From NCBI GenBank assembly GCA_950097015.1, contig CATNEN010000025.1, forward strand, positions 1 through 64,000: a stretch of 64,000 bases of DNA. Reading direction: 5' to 3'. Below are positions 23,719 through 36,600 of this stretch, one piece after another (position 1 is the first letter of the stretch; every line of letters starts with the position of its first letter). Under the pieces are notes generated by a model. That model did no database searches. It saw only the letters and a program-made list of their open reading frames with translations, and was not told the origin of the DNA. This DNA comes from Macrostomum hystrix (taxonomy: Eukaryota > Animalia > Platyhelminthes). Position numbers and translations under genes: made by a program.

Positions 23719-26700
23719 GTGAATGAAATGACACCTCTGACTCAATATTAAGGTGAATTAAATGACACCTTTGACTCAATATTAAGGTGAATGAAATGAC
23801 ACCTCTGACTCATTATTAAAGTGAATGAAATGACACCTCTGACTCAATATTAAGGTGAATGAAATGACAACTCTGACTCAATATTAAGGTGAATGAAATG
23901 ACACCTCTGACTCAATATTAAGGTGAATGAAATGACACCTCTGACTCAATATTAAGGTGAATGAAATGACACCTCTGACTCAATATTAAGGTGAATGAAA
24001 TGACACCTCTGACTCAATATTACGGTGAATGAAATGACACCTCTGACTCAATATTAAGGTGAATGAAATGACACGTCTGACTCAATATTAAGGTGAATGA
24101 AATGACACCTCTGACTCAATATTAAGGTGAATGAAATGACACCTCTGACTCAATATTAAGGTGAATGAAATGACACCTCTGACTCAATATTAAGGTGAAT
24201 GAAATGACACGTCTGACTCATTATTAAGGTGAATGAAATGACACCTCTGACTCAATATTAAGGTGAATGAAATGACACCTCTGACTCAATATTAAGGTGA
24301 ATGAAATGACACCTCTGACTCAATATTAAGGTGAATGAAATGACACGTCTGACTCATTATTAAGGTGAATGAAATGACACCTCTGACTCAATATTAAGGT
24401 GAATGAAATGACACGTCTGACTCATTATTAAGGTGAATGAAATGACACCTCTGACTCAATATTAAGGTGAATGAAATGACACGTCTGACTCAATATTAAG
24501 GTGAATGAAATGACACCTCTGACTCAATATTAAGGTGAATGAAATGACACCTCTGACTCAATATTAAGGTGAATGAAATGACACCTCTGACTCAATATTA
24601 AGGTGAATGAAATGACACATCTGACTCAATATTAAGGTGAATGAAATGACACCTCTGACTCAATATTAAGGTGAATGAAATGACACCTCTGACTCAATAT
24701 TAAGGTGAATGAAATGACACCTCTGACTCAATATTAAGGTGAATGAAATGACACCTCTGACTCAATATTAAGGTGAATGAAATGACACCTCTGACTCAAT
24801 ATTAAGGTGAATAAAATGAAACGTCTGACTCAATATTAAGGTGAATGAAATGACTCCTCTGACTCAATATTAAGGTGAATGAAATGACACCTCTGACTCA
24901 ATATTAAGGTGAATGAAATGACACCTCTGACTCAATATTAAGGTGAATAAAATGACACCTCTGACTCAATATTAAGGTGAATGAAATGACACCTCTGACT
25001 CAATATTAAGGTGAATGAAATGACACCTCTGACTCAATATTACGGTGAATGAAATGACACCTCTGACTCAATATTAAGGTGAATGAAATGACACCTCTGA
25101 CTCAATATTACGGTGAATGAAATGACACCTCTGACTCAATATTAAGGTGAATGAAATGACACCTCTGACTCAATATTAAGGTGAATGAAATGACACCTCT
25201 GACTCAATATTACGGTGAATGAAATGACACCTCTGACTCAATATTACGGTGAATGAAATGACACGTCTGACTCAATATTAAGGTGAATGAAATGACACCT
25301 CTGACTCAATATTAAGGTGAATGAAATGACACCTCTGACTCAATATTAAGGTGAATGAAATGACACCTCTGACTCAATATTAAGGTGAATGAAATGACAC
25401 CTCTGACTCAATATTAAGGTGAATGAAATGACACCTCTGACTCAATATTAAGGTGAATGAAATGACACCTCTGACTCAATATTAAGGTGAATGAAATGAC
25501 ACCTCTGACTCAATATTAAGGTGAATGAAATGACACCTCTGACTCAATATTAAGGTGAATGAAATGACACCTCTGACTCAATATTAAGGTGAATGAAATG
25601 ACTCCTCTGACTCAATATTAAGGTGAATGAAATGACACCTCTGACTCAATATTAAGGTGAATGAAATGACACCTCTGACTCAATATTAAGGTGAATGAAA
25701 TGACACCTCTGACTCAATATTAAGGTGAATGAAATGACACCTCTGACTCAATATTACGGTGAATGAAATGACACCTCTGACTCAATATTAAGGTGAATGA
25801 AATGACACCTCTGACTCAATATTAAGGTGAATGAAATGACACCTCTGACTCAATATTAAGGTGAATAAAATGACACCTCTGACTCAATATTAAGGTGAAT
25901 GAAATGACACCTCTGACTCAATATTAAGGTGAATGAAATGACACCTCTGACTCAATATTACGGTGAATGAAATGACACCTCTGACTCAATATTAAGGTGA
26001 ATGAAATGACACCTCTGACTCAATATTACGGTGAATGAAATGACACCTCTGACTCAATATTAAGGTGAATGAAATGACACCTCTGACTCAATATTAAGGT
26101 GAATGAAATGACACCTCTGACTCAATATTACGGTGAATGAAATGACACCTCTGACTCAATATTACGGTGAATGAAATGACACGTCTGACTCAATATTAAG
26201 GTGAATGAAATGACACCTCTGACTCAATATTAAGGTGAATGAAATGACACCTCTGACTCAATATTAAGGTGAATGAAATGACACCTCTGACTCAATATTA
26301 AGGTGAATGAAATGACACGTCTGACTCATTATTAAGGTGAATGAAATGACACCTCTGACTCAATATTAAGGTGAATGAAATGACACCTCTGACTCAATAT
26401 TAAGGTGAATGAAATGACACGTCTGACTCAATATTAAGGTGAATGAAATGACACGTCTGACTCAATATTAAGGTGAATGAAATGACACCTCTGACTCATT
26501 ATTAAGGTGAATGAAATGACACGTCTGACTCAATATTAAGGTGAATGAAATGACACCTCTGACTCAATATTAAGGTGAATGAAATGACACCTCTGACTCA
26601 ATATTAAGGTGAATGAAATGACACCTCTGACTCAATATTAAGGTGAATGAAATGACACCTCTGACTCAATATTAAGGTGAATGAAATGACACCTCTGACT

Positions 26701-27949
26701 CAATATTAAGGTGAATGAAATGACACCTCTGACTCAATATTAAGGTGAATGAAATGACACCTCTGACTCAATATTAAGGTGAATGAAATGACACCTCTGA
26801 CTCAATATTAAGGTGAATGAAATGACACCTCTGACTCAATATTAAGGTGAATGAAATGACTCCTCTGACTCAATATTAAGGTGAATGAAATGACACCTCT
26901 GACTCAATATTAAGGTGAATGAAATGACACCTCTGACTCAATATTAAGGTGAATGAAATGACACCTCTGACTCAATATTAAGGTGAATGAAATGACACCT
27001 CTGACTCAATATTAAGGTGAATGAAATGACTCCTCTGACTCAATATTAAGGTGAATGAAATGACACCTCTGACTCAATATTAAGGTGAATGAAATGACAC
27101 CTCTGACTCAATATTAAGGTGAATGAAATGACACCTCTGACTCAATATTAAGGTGAATGAAATGACACCTCTGACTCAATATTAAGGTGAATGAAATGAC
27201 ACCTCTGACTCAATATTACGGTGAATGAAATGACACCTCTGACTCAATATTAAGGTGAATGAAATGACACCTCTGACTCAATATTAAGGTGAATGAAATG
27301 ACACCTCTGACTCAATATTAAGGTGAATGAAATGACACCTCTGACTCAATATTAAGGTGAATGAAATGACTCCTCTGACTCAATATTAAGGTGAATGAAA
27401 TGACACCTCTGACTCAATATTAAGGTGAATGAAATGACACCTCTGACTCAATATTAAGGTGAATGAAATGACACCTCTGACTCAATATTAAGGTGAATGA
27501 AATGACTCCTCTGACTCAATATTAAGGTGAATGAAATGACACCTCTGACTCAATATTAAGGTGAATGAAATGACACCTCTGACTCAATATTAAGGTGAAT
27601 GAAATGACACCTCTGACTCAATATTAAGGTGAATGAAATGACACCTCTGACTCAATATTAAGGTGAATGAAATGACTCCTCTGACTCAATATTAAGGTGA
27701 ATGAAATGACACCTCTGACTCAATATTAAGGTGAATGAAATGACACCTCTGACTCAATATTAAGGTGAATGAAATGACACCTCTGACTCAATATTAAGGT
27801 GAATGAAATGACACCTCTGACTCAATATTAAGGTGAATGAAATGACACCTCTGACTCAATATTACGGTGAATGAAATGACACCTCTGACTCAATATTAAG
27901 GTGAATGAAATGACACCTCTGACTCAATATTAAGGTGAATGAAATGACA
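23719..27949. repeat. 34-bp satellite (GTGAATGAAATGACACCTCTGACTCAATATTAAG), ~124 highly homogeneous copies
   Basis: Direct inspection. Only a handful of recurring single-base variants. No spacers. Confidence 0.98.
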
Positions 27950-28787
27950 TGTGACCCAAAGTTTTTATTAGGGATTAACTCAAGATTAGTGTGATGGGCA
28001 TGACCTCATCAAGCCGAGATTGTTGTAAACGGAATGACATCTCTCGAACCAGATCCCGTACTTCAAACTGACACCAGAAAAGTGTGTTGTAAGCTCGTGT
28101 TTCTCGAGTGTGTCCCACCGCCCAGTGCCTAAGAACAAGCATTATCTACCTTGTAGTCAAATTATCTCCAGTGCACAGGAGAAACCCCACATTAGTTGCA
28201 GCTGCTGATAAGGAACAAAAGGCTGCACAGAAAATTGACAGCTCGACCCGCAAATAAACCGCTTCGCCTTGTGAAGAACTCTTTGGAAGTCCCTGTCAAA
28301 ACTTTTCCCTTCGCGTTATAATTGGCAGGGAGGGGAGGGTAGCCCCCACATTTACCTGGCCAATGGCTTCGCAAAACTTCTCCCGCTGACAAACTCGTGA
28401 ACTCGCCTGTAGAGAGTTCAGATCCCATCCCAGACAGCACTAAAAGCTGGTGTCAATCTTAAAATCCCATTTTTCCATCCCAGGGATTCCCAGCTACCCC
28501 ATAGCTGCAACTGCGCCAATTTACCTGGCCCAATGGCAGGTGTTTATCTCCGACTGGCCATCTTTTCTGCTTTTTTAGCAGCTCGAATTACCGGCCGGAA
28601 ACTCGATTGCTGCAAATTGCTGAGCCACCGAATGAAGAATTTCAATAAGCAGTTTGCTTCTTGTCTGTTGAAAGTTTCACAAAGACTTCATTGTGTGAAC
28701 TTTTAATGGCAGAAAGGTTCATAGATTTTGGAATAGGGCAATTCTTGAACTGAACCCTCAATTGCACCAATAGTTTATAATACTTCA

Positions 28788-29131
28788 GTAATAATAATAA
28801 TTGCAGGAGGGCTGCAGGCAGTGGCACATCATTGGGTGTTACTTTGGAGGCAATTCTGCCCATTTCGCTGACTCCTGAGCACACACGCACACAGATATCT
28901 TACACAGGCACACGCTCACACATGTTGTGTACATCTGCCCTTACTTTCTCATCGTCAGGCAGTGTACACTTTCACTGTGCCTTGGAGGTTGGCCATCAAG
29001 GGCGTAAATTGCACGACAAGCCCCCAAGCCTTCTCTCCGCGGCTGCGCCCCAAATGAATGTGGCCTCGCCATGGAATTGAACTTAGGGACCTTGGTGCGA
29101 GAGGCAAGCGCGTTAACTCTCACCGACCCCC
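28788..29131 (-). mobile_element. SINE family A copy, near full length
   Basis: Tail (TAA)n at 28789-28800. CACCGACCCCC at the right end is the reverse complement of the GGGGGTCGGTG head seen at 9542. Confidence 0.8.
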
Positions 29132-29140
29132 TGCACCAGT

Positions 29141-29252
29141 CTTCAGAAACCCGAATCTTCAGAAACCCGAATGTTCGAAAAACCCGAATCTTCAGAAACC
29201 CGAATCTTCAGAAACCCGAATCTTCAGAAACCCGAATCTTCGAAAAAACCCG
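29141..29252. repeat. 16-bp repeat (TCTTCAGAAACCCGAA), ~7 copies
   Basis: Direct inspection. Confidence 0.9.
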
Positions 29253-30045
29253 AAATATTTTGACGATGTGTAGTTGTAGCTGAAAAGTTACAGTCCTTTG
29301 AGGTTCGGTTCATAAGTAGTTTCAGTCATTTGAAGTTTCGGTCATTTGAAGTTTCGGTCATTTAAAGTGTCATTTAACTAGGGTAAATAATAAAGTCACT
29401 GAAAGTGTGTCTGTGAAAATTCGAAATTGAAAAAATGATGCTGAAAATCGATACGAGAATAAACAGAGAACTATACAGGGCTGCCATTTGGGATTATTCT
29501 CCCACGCAAAAAACCAAACCGTGACGGCTTGTCAACTCGTATAAGACTCAGCGTCACTTTTTTGAGTAGTGATAAAAACTAGTTTTTTTTCTCTCGATCA
29601 TGCATCTACTGTCCCATCGGGATATGAGCATGGGATCTCAATTCTTCCATCGAGAAAAAATCCTCACAGACCTTCATATACTCGTTCGATCATTCCTTCA
29701 TCTTTGCTTATACTCACTGTTATATTGTTTGTCTATAGCCTGCAACTGGCTCTCAATTTGATAACTCTGACAGGGCAGGAATTCAAACTGGTGATCTATT
29801 GCGTCATAAGTCGATCACCCTCGACTCAGTCTCTACTCAGATTCTATTGCATAGCAACAATCTCTGACAGTTGTGAAATGAAATGCAAATTAATCTGAGT
29901 CAGTGGTAATTGTTTATTAGAATTGAAAGATTATCTGGAATTTTCTGGAAATTTAAATAACTTCGGCTGACATGACGGTTCGGGAAGCGGGAAAATGTGA
30001 AGATTTTGGGACTTCTGTGCATCATTTCGGAACACCAGGAATCTT

Positions 30046-30463
30046 GAATTTTCGAAAAATCTGCAGCTTTGGAAATTCTCTACTTTCGGGAGTTCTGCAG
30101 TTTCGGGGATTCTGCAGTTTCGGGAATTCTGCAGTTTTGGGAATTCTGCAGTTTCGGGAATTCTGCAGTTTCGGGAATTCATCAGTTTCGGGAATTCTGC
30201 AGTTCCGGGAATTCTGCAGTTTCGGGAGTTCTGCAGTTTCGGGGATTCTGCAGTCTCGGCAGTTCTGCAGTTTCGGGAATTCTGCAGTTTCGGGAATTTA
30301 GCAGTTTCGGGAGTTCTGCAGTTTCGGGAGTTCTGCAGTTTCGGGAGTTCTGCAGTTTCGGGAGTTCTGCTGTTTCGGGAATTCTACAGTTTCGGGAATT
30401 CTGCAGTTTCGGGAATTCTGCAGTTTCAGGAATTCTGCAGTTTCGGGAATTCTGCAGTTTTGA
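30046..30463. repeat. 17-bp minisatellite (TCTGCAGTTTCGGGAAT), ~24 copies
   Basis: The 17-nt period explains the SAVSGILQFREFCSFGN pseudo-ORFs. Confidence 0.94.
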
Positions 30464-30944
30464 GAGTTTAGAATGTAGGAAAAATCCGCGACTGAAAACC
30501 AGAACTACGAAACCAAGAATGAAAATTTGAGCTCAAAAGTTTGCAAAAGTCGCACCGAAAAAAACGGCGGTTTTCTTTGTTTAGCAAGACAACGGAAATG
30601 GAAGTGTAGTATTGGAATTGGTCCGTGTCACTTCAAGTTTTTGTAATAAGATTATTAAAACTTATTGAGACCATTGATCGGATATTGCTAGTGTTTGCCC
30701 CCCTCCCGGAGACGGTTGCCAAGGACTCAGTCCTGCAGGCCTCTCAACAGGGTTAGTTTGAATTTGCTCTTCGCAAACAGAATAAAAACTTATGATTGTT
30801 TATTCGGCCGTTCAACTGGCCTGTCTCAGACTGTTTTAAAAGGGCTGGCGGTCCTAACGATACTGAGAATGAAAGCTGCTGGTGGAGAGAATTAATTTCA
30901 GTCAAAGTTTGATTTAAATTACAAGGAAAGAGAACATGCGGAAG

Positions 30945-31250
30945 GAGGGAGATGCCAGACATGATAAGGGATGGGGAGAGGAGCGAGGACAGGGGAGAAG
31001 TAGAGAGTAGAAATGTAGGGCAAGAGGAGAGAGGAGAGAGATAAGGGAGAAGAGAGAGGAGAGGGGAGAGAGAGGAGAGGAGAGAGGAGGGGAGAGGAGG
31101 GGAGGGAGGGAGAGGAGATGAAGCAAGAGAGAGAAGAGGAGATTGGAGGAGGGTGAATAAAGATGAGAAGAGAGATAGAGTAGAGAGGTAGAGAGAGGGA
31201 GAGAAAGGAGAGAGGTAGAGGGGAGAGAGAGGCTAGCAATATATGATAGA
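30945..31250. repeat. GA-rich low-complexity tract
   Basis: Almost pure purine on the + strand. Confidence 0.85.
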
Positions 31251-33158
31251 ATGAGCAGGAGAGGGTGGCAAAAGCAGACAGAACTAACAAAAACGCGTTC
31301 AAGAAATCAGACAAAGGACACGACAGACAAAAATGACAAAAGAAGAGTGTCTTTTATAACGACAAAGGCAGAAAATACTTGTATTTTAAGGGAAAACAGC
31401 TTTGAAGACAAAGACGGGAAGATTTTAAATACAAGGGCGCTAAACGACACGGAGAGAGAGATTGGCGGGGGCCGTTGTCAGTGGCAACGGCGCAGTTATC
31501 CCACTCTTTTAGAGTCAGCGACCCTAATGGAGTCACTCTATGTGTAGGGGGATGCGAAGCATAGACAAAGAATGCCTAGATCCATGTTAAAACAAGTTTC
31601 AATAGCGAGGACTACTGCACAAAACATTTAAGACTCTGGTCTTTGTTGCGGAAGGTTTATTTGCTTTGCAATCCCCTATACAAAGCTGTAAGCTTCCAAA
31701 TCCCCAGAGTGAGGCCGCGCCTGACTGCGCGGCAATCTTGACACTCCGCAAGCGGCACCCCGAGCGATGAAGTGTGATGCAGCTCAGCGGGTGGGAGGCG
31801 AAAGTCATATGTGATATTGGGAGAATATAGTGATTGACACTTGGCTTCACGAGACAATTGATTGGTTGAGACTTGGATCTGGAATAGTGAAATTATCATG
31901 TCAAAACTGTCAGCCCTTGTCAAAGTGAAAGTTCCCCAATCCCAAAAGATCCCTAAATTTCAGCAGCCAATGCTCAAATTTGCTTCCCGGCAAATAATTG
32001 GGGGTTTGTTGCACCTCCCCACTCACAATGGACGGAGTGAGCAGTGGGTGGAAAATGAGGAAATGGCAGTCGGCTTGACTCCGCCCATTCACCAGCTTTC
32101 TAAAATTTCTTCACTTAAAAGAAGACCCTTTGAATTGGAGAGAGAAATAATGGCAAGAGGGAAGGATGGGGAACCAGCTGCTCCCCCCGATGACCAGGCG
32201 GCAGTGACCACTTGTCTGATGAATCGATGACGCAATACCGGTTCAGTTTCCCTTGAATTTCTTCTCTACAACGGGTTCGCTCGCTGGTCAAGTATTCAAG
32301 CAGCCCCCGGTCCACTTTCTCTTCACAATCTTCAAGCACAGGGAGACCCGACGAGAATATCCCCGTTCTATTTGTTTTTTTCATAGTGTAATTATATACC
32401 TCACAGCTCGGGTTGGGCTGATTTCAATGCCGATATTGTTCCGAGACGGAACTGCGGAAACTGGAAGGAGAGTTGGTCCCGGCACGTGTCTGACTCCTTT
32501 AATTATTGGCCAATTCGCAATGCGCCAGCATCTTCACCTTCAGGTAAAATTATAATGTGCTGCCAGCTGGCGATGCTAAAGCCTTCAAATTTTCTGCTTT
32601 TCTCTCTTCTAGCGGAAGAAGTGGACTTGAAGACTTTCTGACCATTCTGAAAGCCGCTGTCTTGTCCCAGGTCTTTGTCTCGGCTCTCCAGAAATTAAAG
32701 CCAGAAAATTAAATTCGACCAGTCCAATTATCTGCGATTATAGAATGGGAAATTTCGGAAACGATGCGCGGATCTTAATTAACTTGCTCATTTGTACTGT
32801 GCTGGAAGTTGAATTTTATTCCTAACAGTTTTATCCGACCGAATATTTACAATGGAATTTATCTGAACCCAGTCGAAAGGGAAGCCAGGAAAAAGATTTC
32901 GCGGTGAGACGCATTGAAACTTGGCAAGGATTTGTGTATTTTGTGCGCCAAAATGTCAATAATTCCCACAGCTAAGGATTTCAAGAGGCTGCATGACGGC
33001 AATGAGAATCGGAGACTGTGATTTAAAGGATTCTTGCAGCACTTAGTCGCGTGAATTTAAAAGTACACGCTTCACTTGCTTCAGCTTAGACAGATGGCGC
33101 TAATAGTTTGGGTGTCGGACTTAAGTCTTGAAGGTCGGGGGTTCGATTCCCGACTCCA

Positions 33159-33408
33159 TTAATAATAATTGTAGGAGGGTTGAGGGCAATGGCACATCAT
33201 TTGGTGACACTAGACCCGCAGCAGCGAGGAGGCAATTCTGCCCATTTCGCTGACACCTGAGCACACACTCACACAGGTGTGTACATCTGCCCTGACGTTC
33301 TCATCGTCAGGCAGTACGCTTTCACTGTGCCTTGGAGGTTGGCCATCAAGGGTGTAAACTGCACGACAAGCCCCCAAGCCTTCACTCGGCGGCTGCACCC
33401 CGAGTGAA
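33159..33408 (-). mobile_element. 5'-truncated SINE family A copy, abutting a separate + strand tRNA-like head (33095-33157)
   Basis: Body matches the other copies (GGCAATTCTGCCCATTTCGCTGAC, TTTCACTGTGCCTTGGAGGTTGGCC). The adjacent GTCGGG-GGTTCGAT-TCCCGAC is a T-arm/B-box-like motif. Confidence 0.72.
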
Positions 33409-33604
33409 GTTATACTTTTCAGCTAAGTGAGAAACAGTGAGAAACAGGTCATGAAAACCCCAGCAAAGTTGTATCGACTATTGGTCCAACCAATGGTCTG
33501 GCTGGCTTGCCAACCAATAAGCTTGCGAGCTGAAATCTCTCCACTAAATTGCTAAATAAATTCATTTTTCATTTTGAATTGCAGATGCTCACATCTGTTC
33601 TAAG

Positions 33605-36600
33605 ATGCAACTCCGCTTCCTGCACCAGCTCGCTGTTTTTAGCTTCGTTGCTGCTTCCTTAGCGGCCGCATCCACTTGGACTGGCCGCGTTGAGCTGCGC
33701 CACAGCTTCCCAGAGGAGCTCCCGGTAGGCAGCCGGGTGGCCGACCTTCGCCAACTCTTGCGCGTCCAAGCCGGCCGTTTGGACGCCGACGCGCCAGAGC
33801 TGGAGTTCCGCCAGCTCTACGACCCCGGCGGCCTGCTCAGTGTGCATCCGAACACCGGGACGGTCGATGTCCGATCTCGCGTCGATCGGGAGGCCCTGTG
33901 CGCCGCAGTGGACACTTGCTGCCAGGGAGCCAGCAGCTCGGACTGCCGCCTGTCGCCCACTGTCGGCCTCCTGGACTCGCGCACCGGCGGCGGCGCCGGC
34001 GGCAGCGGCAGCTTTCGAGACATCCTCCAGCTCGAACTAGACGTTATCGACATCAACGACAATGCGCCACGCTGGCCGGCCGCGAAGCTTCCACTGGATA
34101 TGCCAGAGCACACTCGGCTTGGCGCCAAATTTAGCCTGCAGCCGGCAGAAGATCCGGACAGGGCGCCGGACAACACGACCCGCTCCTACAGGCTGCTTTC
34201 AGCCACAAAAGCTGGCACCTTCCGGGTCGCCTTTGAGTCATCCGGCCTGGACCCGACCGCTGCGCCGCACGTCTGGCTGGAGGTGCTCGAGGATCTCGAC
34301 AGAGAAACCCGGTCCAGCCATGAGTTGGTCATTGCTGCAGTGGACGGTGGGCCCGAGCCACTGACTGGCACAGTCACCGTCAGTGTCGTTCTCACCGACA
34401 TCAATGACAACGCGCCGGTTTTCGTACGACGCAACCAAGACGCCGTGAAAACTGTCCCGGAGACTCTGGCGCCGGGTAGCCAGCTGCTGCGCGTGGAAGC
34501 CACGGACCGGGATGACTCGGACGCCGTAGGCCTTCGCTACCGGTTCAGCGTGTCCGCTAGTCGCGCGGTTCTCGAGGACTTTGAGATAGACTCGGTGACT
34601 GGCGTCATCTCCGTGCGCCAGCTCGACTATGAGACGCGGCGCGAGTACAGTATCCCTGTGACCGTCTCCGACGGGAAGCACCTCGTCGAAACCACAGTGG
34701 AGGTCCGCGTCCTGAATGTCAACGACAATCCGCCGGTGATCGCTGTGAAGAGTGTCCAGCAAGACGCGGCACGGTCGGACGCGTTGGTTGTTCTCGAAAA
34801 TGCACCAGCTGGTAGCCTTATCGCCACCGCGGATGTGAAGGACGCTGACGACAAGGCCATGCAGGAGGCGGTCGACTGCAGCATCCAGCCTCCAGGCCAA
34901 TTCGCCATCCAGCCCCTGTATGAATCAGCGCGGTACCAGTTTAAGATAGTCAGCACTCTCAGCTTCGATCGCGAGGTCCAAGCATCCTACACCGTCGAAG
35001 TTGTCTGTCGAGATCGCGGTAGCCCCACCCAGGAAGGCCGTCACCGGCTGCGGATTCTCGTTTCTGACATCAACGACAATCGACCGAGATTCGCAAGCAG
35101 TTTGGTGCGCGCCAGGCTGTCCGAGAACTCCGGCGACGGTGCCTTCGTGGCTCGCGTTCAAGCCGATGATCCTGATGAGGGCGCGAATGGAAGGGTGCGG
35201 TACTCTTTGGCGCCAACATCAGCGGCGGACTTCGCCATCGATCCGTACAATGGCACCGTGACGGCAAGGCGCAGCTTCGATCGCGAGAAAATAGAGGTCC
35301 TTCACGTTGTCATATTTGCCCAGGATTCGCCAACCGAAAGCGGCGACAGCCTGACGGCAACTACCAGTCTTGTTGTCAATATCGTCGACGTCAACGACTG
35401 TCAACCGAGGCTTGACCGACGCTTGTACAGTTTGGCCGTGGAAGAGGGCTCGCTAGCCGGTACTCGGATTGGTCGAGCTAACGCTGTCGACTGCGACGCT
35501 GAACCGCGGCACAGGAACGTCACCTACCGGCTTGCGAGCGACGGCAGCGGCAGCTCCATTGAGCTCTTCAGTGTCGCGCCTGGCAGTGGCGAGTTATTCA
35601 CGACAGGAGCGGGCGAGCTGGACAGAGAGAGGCGCAACTCGCACAGCTTCCTGCTGGTGGCCGATGATGGAGCTGGCCTGGCGGACACGGCGCAGGTGAG
35701 AATTGAGATATGGTATTGAATTCTAAACTCAGACCAAACTATCGTAATAATGCGGGCTTGCGTCCAGCGGGCTTTGGACATAAGGCATTTCTTAACTGCA
35801 GTCGACCCGCATACATTTTGCTAGGATGCATTTTGACCCACTGCTCTGGCCGTTTAAGCACACGGTAAAGTACTCAGGCTTACGCCTCAAGAAGGTGTCC
35901 ACATCTGCCCTGACTTTAGCATTTTCAGGCCGTGTACAAGTACATGTAACTTCGCTATTTCCCACTGAAACCCCGCGAAATTTCGATCCTAACTACAAAA
36001 TAAACCCCAGGTGACAGTCTCCGTGACCGACCGGAACGACAACCATCCGCGCTGGATGTTTCCTGGTGAGTCCGGCCGCTCGTTGAACATCTCGCAGCAC
36101 AGGCCAACCGGTAGTCCAATCGCCCACCTGCATGCCACGGATGCCGACGCAGGAGAGAACGGCACCGTGGTCTACAGCCTGCTGGCTCCGCAGCCCTACG
36201 ACAACCTGTTCGTCGTCAGCCGGGATGGCAGCCTGTCGCTCGGCCGTCCAGTCGATGCCTCCCGCGACATCGGCGTTGTGCATCGCCTGGTTTTAAACGC
36301 TTCTGACCGCGGACGGCCGCAGCCGCTGAACAGCATCGAGACAATGGAGATTCGCATTTTGGAGTTGGCTGGCGGTGGCTTCGGAGGGCACTCAGCCAGA
36401 ACCTCCGAGAGCAACCTGGTCATCATCGTCGCCATGGTAACGGTGACGCTTGCCGTATCTCTGGTGCTCATTGGGGCCATATTCTGTTTGAGGTGCCGAA
36501 GCTGCGGCGCTGATCGGAGGCAGCGCAGGCGGAAGATTAACCGGCAGCAGCAGCAACAGCAACAGCCGCTGACGCCGCCACCATCGCCACCGTTGCCTCT

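Noticed and set aside
23719-27949. CRISPR-like regular repeats (also 1-884 and 7914-8602)
   Set aside because: Units are head-to-tail with no unique spacers, there are no cas genes, and the context is eukaryotic.
29931-30530. ORFs with SAVSGILQFREFCSFGN repeats
   Set aside because: By-product of the 17-bp repeat.
33095-33157. Possible tRNA gene (GGTTCGATTCC with T-stem); similar motif at ~38010-38023
   Set aside because: Only the T-arm/B box is convincing. No acceptor stem or anticodon arm could be folded, so these were treated as SINE head remnants.
33659-35781. Numerous antisense and alternative-frame ORFs over protocadherin exon 1
   Set aside because: Expected from GC-rich codon usage; no recognisable motifs.
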